Below, one piece after another: positions 63,011 through 64,000 of a stretch of DNA of 64,000 nucleotides. Location: positions 9,641,186-9,705,185 of the forward strand of contig MU054323.1 in assembly GCA_013239625.1 (NCBI GenBank), written 5' to 3'. Below the pieces are notes generated by a model that did no database searches, was not told the origin of the DNA, and saw nothing but the letters and a program-made list of their open reading frames with translations. Positions within the stretch are counted from its first letter, which is position 1; each line of letters starts with the position of its first letter. The position numbers and the translations under genes were made by a program. The DNA is from Lama guanicoe. Taxonomy: Eukaryota.

Positions 63011-63799
63011 TTCTGACCCCACTGGAAACCCAGAGAGGGAGCGAGCGAGGACAGAGTGGGTACACAGGAGACCTAAGACAAAATGGCAGGCAGATTTATG
63101 TGAGAAAGTCCAAGGTCATGTTTGATCCCAAGGAAGCAATGCATTACGGGTGCCTTTAATTTGGAAAGCAGTTCTCGTTCAAAGATGTGACACCAGGTGT
63201 TCCCATTTTGTTGTTCATTATCACAGACCCTCCTGACACATGGGGGAGTGTTCGCCCCAGCCGCTCACCCTCTCACACAGACACGTACGCACGCAAGCTC
63301 CCTGGCCTCTCCATCCGGCCTCAGAGCTTTCAGTTTTCCCCCATGTGTGGGGATGGGCTCCTATCCCAAGCTGGTCAGAGCTCAGAAAAGGAGGCTCATT
63401 AGTCTGGTTTGAGGATAAAGGGGCCCTGACTTCCAGCCCGGTTCCCCTCCCCCTTCTGCTGCCTGCACAGTGGCAGCTCCCTTCAAAGGCAGCCCTTTTA
63501 AAGCTGCCTTCTGGATTCCATTCCCCCCAAAGCCCCAGGCTCTTGTGGATGGAGGCAAAAAATGGGGGGGCTGGGGTGAGGCAGCACCACCTCCCCACCG
63601 TGACACTCTCCCCTCTGCACTCCCCTCTCTCAGGAGCAAGACACAACCTAACTGCTCCTGACAGCGCTATTTTTAGTGGTCCCCTGGCTGTCAGCTCTGG
63701 GACATGTTCTCGGTGTGTTCCCCGGAGCCTTCCCGCCCTGCTGTCACTCAGGAGGAGGAGGGGGCCTGCCTGGTCCCATCCCAGCACAGTCTTCCTAAC

Positions 63800-63930
63800 T
63801 AGTTGGTAGCGCACGACAGTGAAAAGCTTTGACATCCCTGAGCTCAGGTTCAAATCCCAGCCACTTCAGCCACGAGACCTGGGGGAGCTGGCTTAACCCT
63901 CCAGCCTCAGTTTCCCCTTCATACACACAC
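63800..63930 (+). mobile_element. MIR SINE
   Basis: ggttcaaatcccagccac...gacctggggg...gcctcagtttcccct. Confidence 0.7.
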
Positions 63931-64000
63931 CTATGATGCTTAGCTCCTGGCCCAGCCTCGCACTTGAGGGATGTTAAGTTTTTGCAGCTCCACTCACGTT

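Noticed and set aside
63221..63853. 189-210 aa ORFs as possible PLB1 exon 7 or a nested gene
   Set aside because: No match to the expected next PLB1 peptide (LSDII..F.PSV..P.C) and low-complexity composition; exon 7 probably lies beyond the window.
1..64000. CRISPR arrays, operons, tRNA/rRNA/snRNA genes or other prokaryote-style systems
   Set aside because: The sequence is eukaryotic intron/intergenic DNA; I saw no regularly spaced repeats or structural RNA signatures.

Overview
Mammalian genomic DNA, probably a camelid. This is an inference from two young L1 3' ends and the absence of Alu, B1, Bov-tA or PRE-type SINEs. The only host gene I can support is the 5' part of PLB1 (membrane-associated phospholipase B1) on the + strand. 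Six short coding exons (42135-61311, all GT-AG, phases compatible) splice to MGLQPRTFLLGLLLLLGQGSTQAHTSPGENALEDQLWPETSKSLPFSCNPQKSGSEVPSNSVHSLRPSDIKFVAAIGDVETPPDSGTGDLEKQEWTEDRPLQACMGVVT, and the gene continues beyond the window. Its proximal promoter carries an intestinal-type HNF1/GATA/CDX/TCF motif set. The first ~42 kb is repeat-rich intergenic DNA (L1 of several ages, L2, MIR, CR1, MaLR/ERV LTRs, hAT MERs); in human this interval lies between FOSL2 and PLB1. The most notable accessory structures are: a TSD-flanked retrocopy of an unidentified mRNA 3'UTR inside a four-level TE nest; a truncated ERV1-class provirus with LTR, tRNA-His-like PBS and decayed gag; an L1 with a mini 3' transduction; a mosaic L1 5'/3' element; and a tail-less L1 ORF2 piece inside a MER58. 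I found no convincing evidence of a new multi-gene system. Repeat family names and most repeat boundaries come from visual recognition and are approximate.
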